Of a stretch of 64,000 nucleotides of DNA, positions 1-13,142 are shown in pieces. The stretch lies in the NCBI RefSeq assembly GCF_009914755.1, contig NC_060927.1. One strand, 5' to 3'. The notes beneath the pieces are model-generated. The model did no database searches, was not told the DNA's origin, and worked only from the letters and a program-made list of their open reading frames with translations. Position numbers and translations under genes: made by a program. Source of the DNA: the human T2T-CHM13v2.0 reference genome, Homo sapiens. Positions within the stretch are counted from its first letter, which is position 1. Each line of letters begins with the position of its first letter.

Positions 1-167
1 GGTTTTGGTTTTACAGGCTAATAGGTGGAAGGGACTTTCAGATGAGACTTTGGACTGGGACTTTTGGGTTAATACTGGAATGAGGTAGACTTCAGAGGAC
101 TGTTGGGGAGGCATGATTCTGTTTTGAAATGTGAGGACATGAGATTTGGGAGGGGCCAGGGGCAGAA
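1..167 (+). mobile_element. THE1/MST MaLR internal region, 3' end (cut by window start)
   Basis: Typical MaLR-int 3' end ...gaggacatgagatttgggaggggccaggggcagaa (polypurine tract) directly before the LTR start; same motif in reverse complement at about 14000-14120. Confidence 0.85.
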
Positions 168-362
168 TGATATAGTTTGCCTGTGTCCCCACCCAAATCT
201 CATCTTGAATTGTAGTTCCCATAATCCCCACATGTCATGCGAAGGACCTATTGGGAGGTAATTGAATAATGGTGGGGGTGTGTTACCTCCGTGCTGCTCT
301 TCTCATGATAGTAAGTGAGTTCCCATGAGATCTGATGGTTTTATAAGAATTTTTTTCCTCTT
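168..362 (+). mobile_element. THE1C/D-type LTR, 3'-truncated
   Basis: Starts tgatatagtttgcctgtgtccccacccaaatctcatcttgaattgtagttccc; similarity is lost soon after gagatctgatggttttataag. Confidence 0.85.
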
Positions 363-2635
363 TTGTTTAAGATATGTATATTTTAAACCCTAAAGCAACA
401 ATTAAAACATTGTAAAAAGAGGTCTATGAAATAAATTAATAGTAAAGATAAAATAAAATCATAAAAAGTGCCTCATTAAATTAAGATGAGGCAGAAAAAT
501 AGGAAAAATAGACAAATAACAAAAGTATCATATAGAAAAGAGGTGGCAAATTGATAGATTTTACTCAGTCATACAAATAATCTCACCTTTATATAGTTCT
601 TAGATGTCATATTTACCTATACTTTAAAATATCTTTATATGTATACAACTATATTACATTTAATATTTGGTTCTTGTAAACAGCATATATTTGAGTCTGA
701 CCAGCTGTCTTATATTTTCTAACATCCATGAAATCACGGTAGGCGAATATGTGAGTTTAAAACTAGGGTAGAATCTCAAACTCTTCATAGTTTATAAAAT
801 ATCTCTGGGTAGCTTCCTTCTCTCCAATATTATGCCCCAAAATTCTAGCTGCTTCATGCAACCTGAACACTGGTTACTATATGTTTACCTTGATGAGCCC
901 ACCATTATCTTCTTGGTTTTTCCTTTTCTGTATTTTGGTCCAGAAAATTCCTGAATGTTGAAAGCTGGTGTGATTATAAAGCTGGTCTCCTGTTTGCCAT
1001 CACTCAGGCTCAGAGCCCTGCATTGCCAGTTATCTTTGGTCTGAAAATTATTAAGTCATTATTTCAATTTATTTTCTACAGTTTTCTACTTTTTCAACAT
1101 CAGAAGGGTAGATGTAGGACCTGCTGCTTTTTGACCTTAAAAAAAAAGTATTGACACTACCATTCCATGATATGACTAGAACAGTCAAACTTTACCTCCA
1201 CTTACCCCTCTTGATTTTTATTTTATTAAGCATGTATTTTAAACATTTGAAGACATTAAAATTATTGTTTTGTATAGTTAGTATTTATTCACTTATATTT
1301 ACCTATCTCCTCACTTTTGTTGAATTTCTATTATGTTTTGCATTCTCATGCACAAAGTAGGCATTTTAGGAAGAAAAAGGAAGAATAGAAGGAAGATGGG
1401 GAATGAGTAATGGAAGAAACAAAAGGAAAAAGATATATTCTTCTAATTTAACTCAATGTAACTCATATTTTAACTAAAATTATACAAGTGAATTCTAAGC
1501 AAAAGGATTGGTGGTAAAAGTTGTATAAATATTTACCTTTGAGATTAATGGTATATAAGTGGAACTGAAGTTAACCACAACATCAATGGTTTGGGCTTAC
1601 TGTAAATATTTATTGGAAGGAATCATTCCTACAATTGAATTAAATGTATGGAAGGATTATCAACAAAACACATTGCTATAATTCTATACCTAGAAAACCC
1701 TAAAGACTGCCAAAAGGCTCCTGGAACTGGCAAATGACTTCAGTGAATTTCAGGATACAGAATAAATGTACAAAAATTGGTAGCAGTTCTATACACCAAT
1801 AACATTCAAACTGAGAGACCAATAAAGAATACAGTCCCACTTACAAGACCCACACACACACAAAAGCACCTAGCAATACATCTAGCCAAGGAGGTAAAAG
1901 AGCTCATTAAGGAAAACTACAAAACACTTTTGAAATAAATCATAGATGACACAAACAAATGCAAAAATGTTTCATGCTCATGAATTGGAAGAATTAATAT
2001 TGTTAAAATGGCCACATGCCTAAAGCAATCTACATATTCCATGTTATTCCTGTCAAACTACCAACATTATTTTTCAAGGAATGGAATAAATATTCTAAAG
2101 TTCATATGGAACAAAAACAAGCACAAATAACCAAAAAAATTCTAAGCATAATGGACAAAGCTTCAGGCATCACACTACCTGACTTCAAATCACATTATAG
2201 GGCTTTGGCAACCAAAACAGCATGGTATTGATACAGCAACAGACACATAGACTGATGGAACAGAATGAAGAACCCAGAAAAAAAAAGCCACACAGCTACA
2301 GCCGTCTTATCTTTGACAAAGTTGTCAAAATTAAGCAATGGGAAAAGGACTTCCTATTCAATTAATGATGGTAGGATAACTGCCTAGCCATATACAGAAA
2401 AATAAAACTTGAACCCTACCTATCACCATATACAAAACAATCTCAAGGTGGATTAAATACTTAAATGTAAGACCTCAAACTATAGAAATCCTAGAAAAAA
2501 AAACTAGGAAACACCATTCTGAACATCAGCCTTGGCAAATAATTTATGACTAAGTCCTCAAAAGCAATGAAAACAAAAACAAAAATTAACAAGTGTGACC
2601 TAATTTAACTAAAGAGCTTCTTCACAGCTACCTCT

Positions 2636-2718
2636 CTAATCTGTCTATCCATCTATCTATCATCTATCTATCTATTATCTATCTATCTAATCTATCTATC
2701 TATGTATCTATCTATCTC
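2636..2718. repeat. Imperfect (TATC)n tetranucleotide STR inside L1
   Basis: ctatctatcatctatctatctattatctatctatc... Confidence 0.9.
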
Positions 2719-2862
2719 TTAACAGATTAAACAGACAACCTATAGAATTGGAGAAAATATTCACAAACTGTGCATCCCACAGGCCTAATATCTAGAATCT
2801 ATAAGGTACTTCAACAATTCAGCCAGCAAAAAACAAATAGCCCCCCTAAAAAGTGGGCAAAG

Positions 2863-4833
2863 ATATGCCAACAGTGAACAATGTGAAAAGGAAATAAAAA
2901 AGTCATCCATTTACAATAGCCACACATAAAATTAAATATCTAGAAATTAACCAAAATGAAAGACTTCTATAATGAAAACTATAAACACTGATGAAAGAAG
3001 TTGAAAAGGACACAAACAAAATGAAAAAATATTTCCTACTAATGAATTGGAAGAATCAATATTGTTAAAATGTCCATGCTATTCAAAGCAATCTACAGGT
3101 TCAATGCAATTCCTATCAAAGTACCAATGACATTCTCCACAGAAATAGAAAAAAAATTCTAAAATTTATATGGAACCACAAAAGACCCAGAATAGCAAAA
3201 GCTGTCCTAAGCCAAAAGAATAAAACTGGAGGAATCACATTACCTGATTTCAAATTATACTACAGAGCTATAGTAACCAATACAGTATAATCTTGGCATG
3301 AAAATAGACATATGGACCAGTGAAACAGAATAGAAAACCTAGAAACAAATCCACACACATACAGTGAACTTATTTTTGACAAAGGTGCCAAGAATGTACA
3401 CTGTGGAAAAACAGTCTCTTCAATAAATGGTGCTGGGTCAACTGGATATTCATATGTCGAAGAATAAAACCAGACCCCTATCTCTCACCATATACAAAAA
3501 TAGAATCAAAATGTATTAAAGACTTACATCTAAGACTGCAAGCTAGGAAACTACTACAAGAAAACATTAGGGAAATCTCCCTAATGTTTGCCCTAATGGG
3601 CAAAAATTTCTTCAGCAATACCCCACAAGCACAGACAACTAAAGCAAACGTGGACAAATGGGCTCATATCAGGTTAAAAAGCTTCTGCAGAGCAAAGGAT
3701 GCAATCAATGAAGTGAAGAGACAACCTACAGAATAGTAGAAAGTATTTTCAAACTATCCCTCTGACAAGGGATTAATCACCAGAATATATAAGGAGCTCA
3801 AACAACTCTATAGGAAAAAATCTAATAATCCAATCATAATGGGCAAATGATCTGAATAGACATTTCTCAAAAGAAGACATAGAAATGGCAAACAGGCATA
3901 TAAAAAGCTGCTCCACATAACTGAGCCTCCGAGAAATGAAAATCAAAACAATATCATCTCACCCCAGTTAAAATGGCTTATATCCAAAAGACAGGCAATA
4001 ACAAATGCTGCAGAGGATGTGGGTAAAATGAACCCTTGTACACTGTTGGTTGGAATGTAGATTATTACAACCACTGTGGAGAACATTTTCCCTGTTTCTC
4101 CAAAAACTAAAAATTGAATTACCATATGATTCAGCAATCCCACTGCTAGATATATACCCAAAAGAATAAGTATATTGAGGCGATATCTGCACTTATATGT
4201 TTGTTGCAGCATCTTTTACAATAACTAAGATTTGGAAGCAACTTAATTGTCCATCAACAGATGAATGGATAAAGAAAATGTGGTACATATACACAATGGA
4301 GTACTATTCAGTCATAAAATGAATGAGATCCAGTCATTTTCAATGACATGGATATAACTGGAGATTATGCTGAGTGAAATAAGCCAGGCATAGAAAGACA
4401 AACATCACTTACTCTCACTTATTTGTGGGATCTAAAAATCAAAACAATGGAATTCATGGATGTAGAAAATAGAAGAAGGGTTACCAAAGCCTGGGAAGTG
4501 TAGCAGGGGGTGGGTGGGGAGGTAAGGATGGTTAATGAGTACAAATAGTATAAAGAATGAATAACACCTACTATTTGATAGCACAATGGAGTGACTATAA
4601 TCAATAATAACTTAACTGTATATTTCACAATAACTTAAAGAGTGTAATTGCATTTTTTGTAACACAAAGGATAAATGCTTGAGGGGATAGGTATCTTATT
4701 TTCCATGATGTATTTATTTCACATTGCATACCTATATCAAAACATCTCGGGGACCTGTAAATATATACAACTACTATTTACCCACAAATATTTTTTTTAA
4801 AAAAATAAATAAATAGTATTTTACCAAACTCCC
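2863..4833 (+). mobile_element. L1MA1-3-like 5'-truncated L1 nested in the outer L1
   Basis: Second pass through the same ORF2 region, L1MA-type 3' UTR (acctactatttgatagcac...ggataaatgcttgagggga), A-rich tail; flanked by aaaaagtgggcaaag at 2848-2862 and 4834-4848. Confidence 0.85.
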
Positions 4834-5876
4834 AAAAAGTGGGCAAAGCTCATGAACAAACACTTCTCAAAGGAAGACATGCAAGCAGCCAACAAACATG
4901 AAAAAAGGTTTACCATCAGTAATAATCAGAAAAATGCAATTCAAAACCATAATGAGATACTACCTCACACCAGTCAGAATGGCTATTAAAGTCAAAACCA
5001 ATACAGGCTGGTGAGGCTGTGGAGTAAAGGGAATGCTTACACACTGATGGTGAGAATATAAATCAGTTAAGGCCCTGTGGAAAGCAGTTTGGAGCTTCTC
5101 AAAGAACGTAGCACAGAACTAACATTTGACCCAGCAATTTCATCACTGGGTATATACTCACAGGAAAATAAATCATTCTACCAAAAAGATACATGCACTC
5201 AGGTGTTTATCCCAACACTGTTCACGATAACAAAGGCAAGAATCCAATCCAGATACCCATTAATGGTGGACTGGATAAAGAAAATATGGAACATATACAT
5301 CACAGAGGACTATGCAGCTGTAAAAAAGAGTGAAATCCTGTCTTTTGCAGCAACATGGATGCAATGGGAGGCCATAATCCTCAGTGAATTAAGGCGGGAA
5401 CAGAAAACCAAATATCAAATGTTCTCATTTATAAGTGTGAGCTAATCACTGGGTACTCATGAATATAAAGATGGTAACAGTAGACACTGGGGACTACTAG
5501 AGAGGGGATCAAGGGCTGAAAAACTATCTGTTAGGAGCTATGCTCACTTGCTAGCTCTTGGGTTCAAGTGTACCCCAAACCTCAGCATCACACAATATAC
5601 CCATGTAAGTAAACTGCACGTGCACTCCCTACATCTAAAATAAAAGTTAAAATTATTTTAAAAGTATTTCCCTCTTCACTACTTAAAAATAAAAAGCACA
5701 GTTTCACTTATCTAGAATGTGTTAAATGTGGTCATGTAGAGGCAATAGATTAGGCTTGATCACTTTTCAAGGAGAATGCCAGGTCCAGTAATATGTGTAA
5801 CATGTAAAGAAACTGCTCATTAAACTGTGTGTTACTGAGGTTGCTCTGTGGCTTTTCAAGAGCATTGGTAATCTGA

Positions 5877-6173
5877 TTTTGATTTTGAGAAATGGTCTCA
5901 CTCTGCCACCCAGGCTAGAGTGCAGTGGCCTAATCTTGGCTCACTACAGCCTCAACCTCCTGGGCTCAAGCGATCCTCCTGCCTTAGCCTCCTGAGTAGT
6001 TAGGCACTGCAGGCACATGCCACCACACACAGCTAATTTATAAAAAAAAAATTTGTAGAAATGAGGTTTCACTATGTTGCCCAGTCTGGCCTTGAACTTT
6101 TGGCCTTCTGCAATCCTCCTACCTCGGTGTCCCAAAGTGCTAGAATTACAGGTATGAGTCACTGCACGCAACC
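5877..6173 (-). mobile_element. AluJ
   Basis: Diverged dimeric Alu with J-type gggctcaagcgatcctcc and cactatgttgccc. Confidence 0.9.
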
Positions 6174-6630
6174 AATGACCTCATTTAACATCAATGGAAG
6201 AACAGTAGGAAAAAAAGACAAATTGTATCAGAGCTATATCAATGATGTAGTAAGTTACACAAGTAAAAAATCATATTTACTACTCAGTATCATGTACAAT
6301 TATGATTCTTGGCAATATATTGATTTCTTGCAACAAATATGGTATAATCATGCTAATCTAAAATAGTTTTATAACTAGATGCATTAATATAATACCTGAT
6401 AATTTTACATGAATCATACATGTGATTACAAATAACTATTTTGACTTTGATTATAACTTCTACTTAATTGATTTCTTAAATTGAGAATTTAAAACCCAGT
6501 TTATTTTGGAGAGGCTGCAGTTCAGCAGATAATTTTAAATTCCAAGTGTTGGCATCACCAGAGACTTTTGTAAATATTCTTTTATTATTAGAAGGAAAAG
6601 AGGAAAAGTGTCTTCTGCATTGTAAGGATG

Positions 6631-6827
6631 TTTTTTATTATACTTTAAGTTTTAGGGTACATGTGCACAATGTGCAGGTTAGTTGCATATGTATACATGT
6701 ATCATGTTGGTGTGCTGAACCCAGTAACTCCTCATTTAACATTAGGTATATCTCCAAATGCTATCCCTCCCCCTTCTCCCCACCCCACAACAGGCCCCAG
6801 TGTGTGATGTTCCCCTTCCTGTGTCCA
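6631..6827 (-). mobile_element. L1PA (about PA3-5) 3' UTR fragment
   Basis: ttattatactttaagttttagggtacatgtgcacaatgtgcagg... is the reverse complement of the L1PA 3' end. Confidence 0.92.
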
Positions 6828-9800
6828 TTTAAAGCAGAGACAAAAACAAAACAAAACCCCATTTCACTATTGTTTTTGAATATCCATTAGTGTCTTTAAT
6901 AGAGGAATTTCACAATAATAATGAAATAATTGAGAACACTTTAAACAGTTTCTACTACCCATCTATCTTTCATAAATAATAGATTTATTGGACACAGACA
7001 AAAATGGCTAATTTAATAATTATAGAAATTTCCGTTGTGCATAAATTAATCTTTAGAAATAAGTCAGGTCCTTGAAAGTAACAAACTCTCAGGTCCCCTG
7101 AGATCTCTTTTTATAAACGATTGTTGTGTTATTAAAAGAAACATAGAAGACCCAAAGAATTAATTTATCCTTCAATGTGTCATAGCTACTCCTGAGAATA
7201 CACACATTGACTAGTGGAATACGACTGACAATAAGTAATTTCTTATTTTCTAGTTTCCACCAACTATTCTAGCTTAAACAATTGTGCTCTAGCATCCTTC
7301 CCAGAGCTGTCTTCATACTAAAATTTGTCTCTCTTAGTTTTCTTAAGTTACATTAAAAATACATGTTTATTTTGTCATGTGCTTAAAATGCTTGACAAAG
7401 AAAATATTAGATTAGAATATTAAGATGATTTCGGTTTTGTTTATCTAGGTCTTTTTGTCTTGTAATTAACCCCAGTTAATTAAGGACATTTGGTGTTTAT
7501 GTGATAAACTGAAAAGGACTCTACGATACACAGCCTCTTCTGCTATCTTAAATAATATCCACTTATTATTTGACCATGTCAAGACCAAAAAAGTATAGTC
7601 CTAAAATAGTATTCTATCCCTGAATTGCTAAAATAGTTGAAAGACTATAAACTTTGTGTATAAACCAGATAATTTATATGGGTGTACATGTATGTACCAA
7701 AAACCACTTTGTTGAATTTCTGCAACTACAAGACAAATATGCTGTATCATTGTCCTCTGGATTATTATGGCATCATAATTTAAATAGCAAAATAACAAAG
7801 GCAAATTTTAAGTCAGTCAAATAAAAAAATTGAATTTCAAACTCTTATTTAATATTAGAATGCTAAATTATATATTGATGCAGAAAGCTCAGTTTGATTC
7901 CCTAATATACCACCACCACTGTTGGAAGCTGAATATCTTCCTGGAAGTTAAAGTTTAGGCAAAAATTTAGGTGCGGATTTTAGCAGAAAGAGAATTGTGC
8001 TTTCATAGTCATTGTTTAGATAAAACTGAGACTAAGTGGATGGATAATTTGTGTAGATGATGTTTATGAGATTGTATTAAATATGGACATATTTTTCATG
8101 CACACTTAAGTAAATATACCCATTTTTGCATTAGCATGAATCCCTGGCCTTCATGTTTAATATTTTAAAATCTTGTTGAATTATTTCTTCCCAAGTACAG
8201 CAAATTGGCTCAATGCTTGATTTCTGTTACTGTGATGGCCGTTAGTTCTGTTTGATTTGCAAAACTTCTTGATCGTTTCAAGATCTATGAAAAAACAGTG
8301 CTGACAATCCCCCAAGTCAGAACTCCCACTCATTATTAACACATCTTACCAGATGTCCCCGGTAATGTTATGACTGCAAAATTCTCTGTTTTCTAATTTG
8401 AGAATGGAAGGATTTTAACCCTCTGTATATAAGGCAGGCAGAGGGATGTACAGGGAAAAATTCTAACAACTTGTTTCCGTCATTGTAATATATTGCCTTG
8501 CAGCTAACTGACATCCAAATCCTTAAAAATTGAGGGAAAAATGGCCTATTTTATGTTTAATTAAATAATTATCAAAAAATAAAATCCTTGGTTATGGTTT
8601 CAATGCTTTCTAAAAATAATCTTTTGCATTACCTAACTTAATAGTTCTTCCATTAGATGCTGGTGGAAAGTCCACAATTGTGTTTGTTTTGAGATCAGTG
8701 TAAATATTAATAGTTGCCTATCTGACAAAGCAAAGGTTTTGTTCTTCCAAAAAAAATGTAGAATTGATGGATATTTTCTTAAATAACATATGAAGATCTA
8801 TTCTAACTATTTAATTTTTCCAAGGTTCAAGAAAAAAACTGCATTATAGAAATACAAGAAACAGGGAATATTTAAAGAGTTGGTCTTTTTTTCCAAGTTG
8901 ACCAATACATAAATAGGACTTGGAGATTTGTAAACCACCTGGAATTTCTAATTTTCCTTATTTGTGAAAGTTATTCTTATTTAACAGGGCAGGAAAATGG
9001 GAAGAATTGTGTATTCAATGCGATTTGGAAATATTTGGTGGAATGAAATACGACATGCAACTTCTTATTCCTGTGCATATTTTAGTTAATTCTGAATGAT
9101 TTTAGTTAGGTTTTGCTCAATGGATAATAAATACAAAAATAAGAAGGAAAAACATATGGCGATTGCAGCAAATGGTATAAATAAGTTTAAGAGGAAATTA
9201 GACACTTTTATTGCAAGAGAATGTTACACCGAAAATGGATTAAGAGAACAAGGAGTAGGGAAGCAGGTGAAGCTGATTTATTATGTGGGCACAGGAGCAT
9301 GGGGGAAGTGGCCATTTTTTACCACGTAGTTACTTATGTCTCACTGGAAGAACCCACATCAAAAGATAATTATATACAGTCATGGAAATGGTGACAGCTG
9401 CATTTTGGCAAGTTGGCATGCAAATTACTGGCTCTATTCAGGTTACGTAAGCATGAATCGCTGAGAAATTTGAGATGAAAAGATTGTCAACGGTTTCTGG
9501 TTGGAAGACCTAATGAACATTGTGAAACTTAGTGCAAAAGACAGCACTGTCTTCAAAAGTCCTAGAGTTCTGAATTCAAATAAATCTGGACTTTTATATC
9601 ATATTCATAAAATAGTTCAGAGGATATACATTTACAGAGAACAGGACATTGTTAAATATCCCAATTTCTCAATTTCTCAAATAGGTTATATTTTCTTTAA
9701 GTTTCACTTGCTGGGTCTAGCATAATCCCAAATTGAAACAGCTGCAAATGGTATATAATTGGGTCAGAGTGTTTTGTTGTCAGGATTCTTAGTTGCTTGC

Positions 9801-10212
9801 ATTGGCTTATGAAAAGGTCATTATGAGAGAAGGGATCTGAATAGCAACGAGATTCCAGCTGGTTAGCTATTATTTTAATTATGCAATGAAATCAGCTATT
9901 TTCCTGCCAATATCTGAAGTTACTTATGAAAAAGTTATTTAGACACTCTTGAAGACATTCTTTTCGTATTCCTTTTATTGCATGTCACTAACACATTATT
10001 ACAAACTTTCTGTATGTTTAAAACTTATTGTCAACAATGTTCATATATACATTCTCTCAACAGTATTTATTGTGGGATTGTGTTGTACCTGGCACTGCAT
10101 ATATTCTCTGTCCTTAAGGAATTTATTATCTATTTGAGAGACAAAATATACAGTAATGATAAAGCATAATGTAAAACCCTCTGAGTATATAATTCTGTAT
10201 CAGCTTCTCTAA

Positions 10213-10870
<658 letters not shown>

Positions 10871-12896
10871 GTCTATAGTTCTTAAAAGCTCAGTGTTTAG
10901 AATTCTGAAAAATCAAGGGTTTTTATGTTATATTTTCTGTTTGTTCTCACCTATAATACTCAAGCTTGCATTTTCTTCTAATCTTCAGAAAGGAAAAAGA
11001 TGAAAAACAAAACTCATGCCTTCCCTTAATTCATGTTACTAAGATTTGAGGTGTTGCTTTGTGAATTTCATTAACTACAAATTAAAGTTAACTGGATCAC
11101 ATGCACCAGCAATTAAGGTGTAGGAGGTTTATAAGGTTTAGATTAGGAATGGCAGAACAAATTGGTATATTTTATAAATCAATTCAGTAAACAGTTAATT
11201 GGCAGGGAAGGGTTGAATCTGGGGCTTAAAATTTAAGTAACAATTGCTTTGGGAGTCGTGGGCAGAACAGAAGGTGCCTTATGTATATGAATATAGAAAT
11301 GGATTAGGTCAAAAAAATTACAAGTAGATTTAAAAGGTTTCATAGGAATTAAAAATTATTATACAATGTTTCTATGCATTACATTTCTCCTCTTAAGTTG
11401 ATCACGGTAATGTGATGGAATTAACTACTAAATGAAAATAAAAAAGTTAGATGTGGGGATTTTATTTTTTGTTTGGGCATGTAGATATTATTAATCTCCA
11501 GGGGGGTGAACACCAGTAAATGCTATAGATCACAACCAGTTCTATTTAATTCTTGTTAATTTAATTTTATTTTCAGAGCTGCTGGTTCCCAGATTGTTTG
11601 GAAATGTATGGTTATGAGGGGGAGGACAGAATATCACAGCTATAACATTAAACACAGGCATATACATTCTCAGAACTCACAAAACACGAAAATGTGCTGA
11701 AGCAGCTGGAGTGTTCTTTTTTCCTGATAGCTAGTTAGAAGACAGGAGGATGAGCAAAATTGGCAGTTGGATGATACTAACAAAAGCAGAGGAATTCGTG
11801 CAAAGAATTTACTGTGAAGTAGATCTGAGACTGGCAAGTGCCATCACATTTTACCTCTATTGCCAGTGCACTGATTTTGAAATATAAGTGACTAGATACA
11901 CAAAAATGTTGTTTGTCGCTCTTCAAAAGACATTTCATATTTACTGAAATGTGTATGTGCTCTTGCTTGAGCCAGGCCCCATTGGAGAAATATGGGTAAC
12001 TATTGATATTTAATTTGATATAGCAGTTTGGCATAAATAGTTTGGTTTTATGGTATACTGAATTTATATGTGGTAAAAAATACAGCAATACAAACTCCTT
12101 TTTTGATACAAATTAGCTCAATAGTGTATCCAATAGAAGTTTAGAAAAATAGATATAAATTTCTGAAATGTAATTACTTGCATTTTCTCTTAGCAAATTT
12201 GATGGAAGATTTAGCTAAAAGAAAAAGTGACAAGGCTCTTGACCATTTAGGGATATATAAAATGTTGATGTTATTAATGCATTTTAACTACCTTTACATA
12301 ACTTAAATTCCTACTAGCCGTCTCAAAATTGGGACTTTGCCTGAATTAGAAATTACATAAACCATGCATTTGTCTAATGTGGATTTTCATATAAGGTGGG
12401 AGCTGGCTTACTGACCCTGAGTATATTACTGCACTTTCAAATGGGGCAATCATGGCAACACAGAACGCATGTGCCATTCAAATGCCCTAGAACTTAGGAA
12501 TCTAAATCTATGTTTTGCCAGTCCTGAAGATATACGGGGTCCTGAAAAAGAAAAAAATATATACAAGATACAAAAAGTAAATAGGATTGAAACCTCAAAC
12601 CTACTGGGTTTCATCAAGATACACACCATGGGTGGCTCATAGTCTACTCCTGTGATATACCCTGTATGAAATAGTTGCTCAGAACCAGAAAAATTGTTTG
12701 AAACCAAAATGTGAATTCAAGAAAGGGACTCACTTTGAAAATTTTAATATCTGTACCTTTTTCTGTTTTTGCTTCTATTGGCTGTATTGACTATTTCTTA
12801 TCTGGACAATGAATGCCTTGCTTCTTTTTTCCCACTTTTCTTTCTTTGTTTTTGGTACTCTAAATATTGTAAGTAAAAATGTAGAAACTGAAGTAA

Positions 12897-12899
<3 letters not shown>

Positions 12900-12940
<41 letters not shown>
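12900..12940. repeat. (TA)~20 microsatellite
   Basis: Perfect TA run. Confidence 0.97.
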
Positions 12941-12944
<4 letters not shown>

Positions 12945-13142
12945 CAGGAGGATAGAATCATCTCAGGAGGATAGAATATTTCTCTCTGTTCAGACTATTA
13001 GTGCAGTGGCTGGGTTGATCTAATCTTTATTTGAGCTTGGTCTAGGATTTGTTGCAGCTCTAGTTAGAATCAGTTCACAACAATTTCATGTATTTTGAAG
13101 AAATAATTAGAACATTCTCTTAGGTAGGGCTTAGAATAAAAG

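Larger units (their letters stand above)
1615..5660 (+). mobile_element. 5'-truncated old primate L1 (L1PA15/16- or L1PB-like), ORF2 remnant plus 3' UTR, interrupted at 2863-4833
   Basis: ORF2-like peptides ([15 protein letters not shown]...KTAWY; FDPAISSLGIY...KTKYQMFSFI) and 3' UTR ending ccccaaacctcagcatcacacaatatacccatg...taaaataaaagttaaaatt. Confidence 0.85.
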
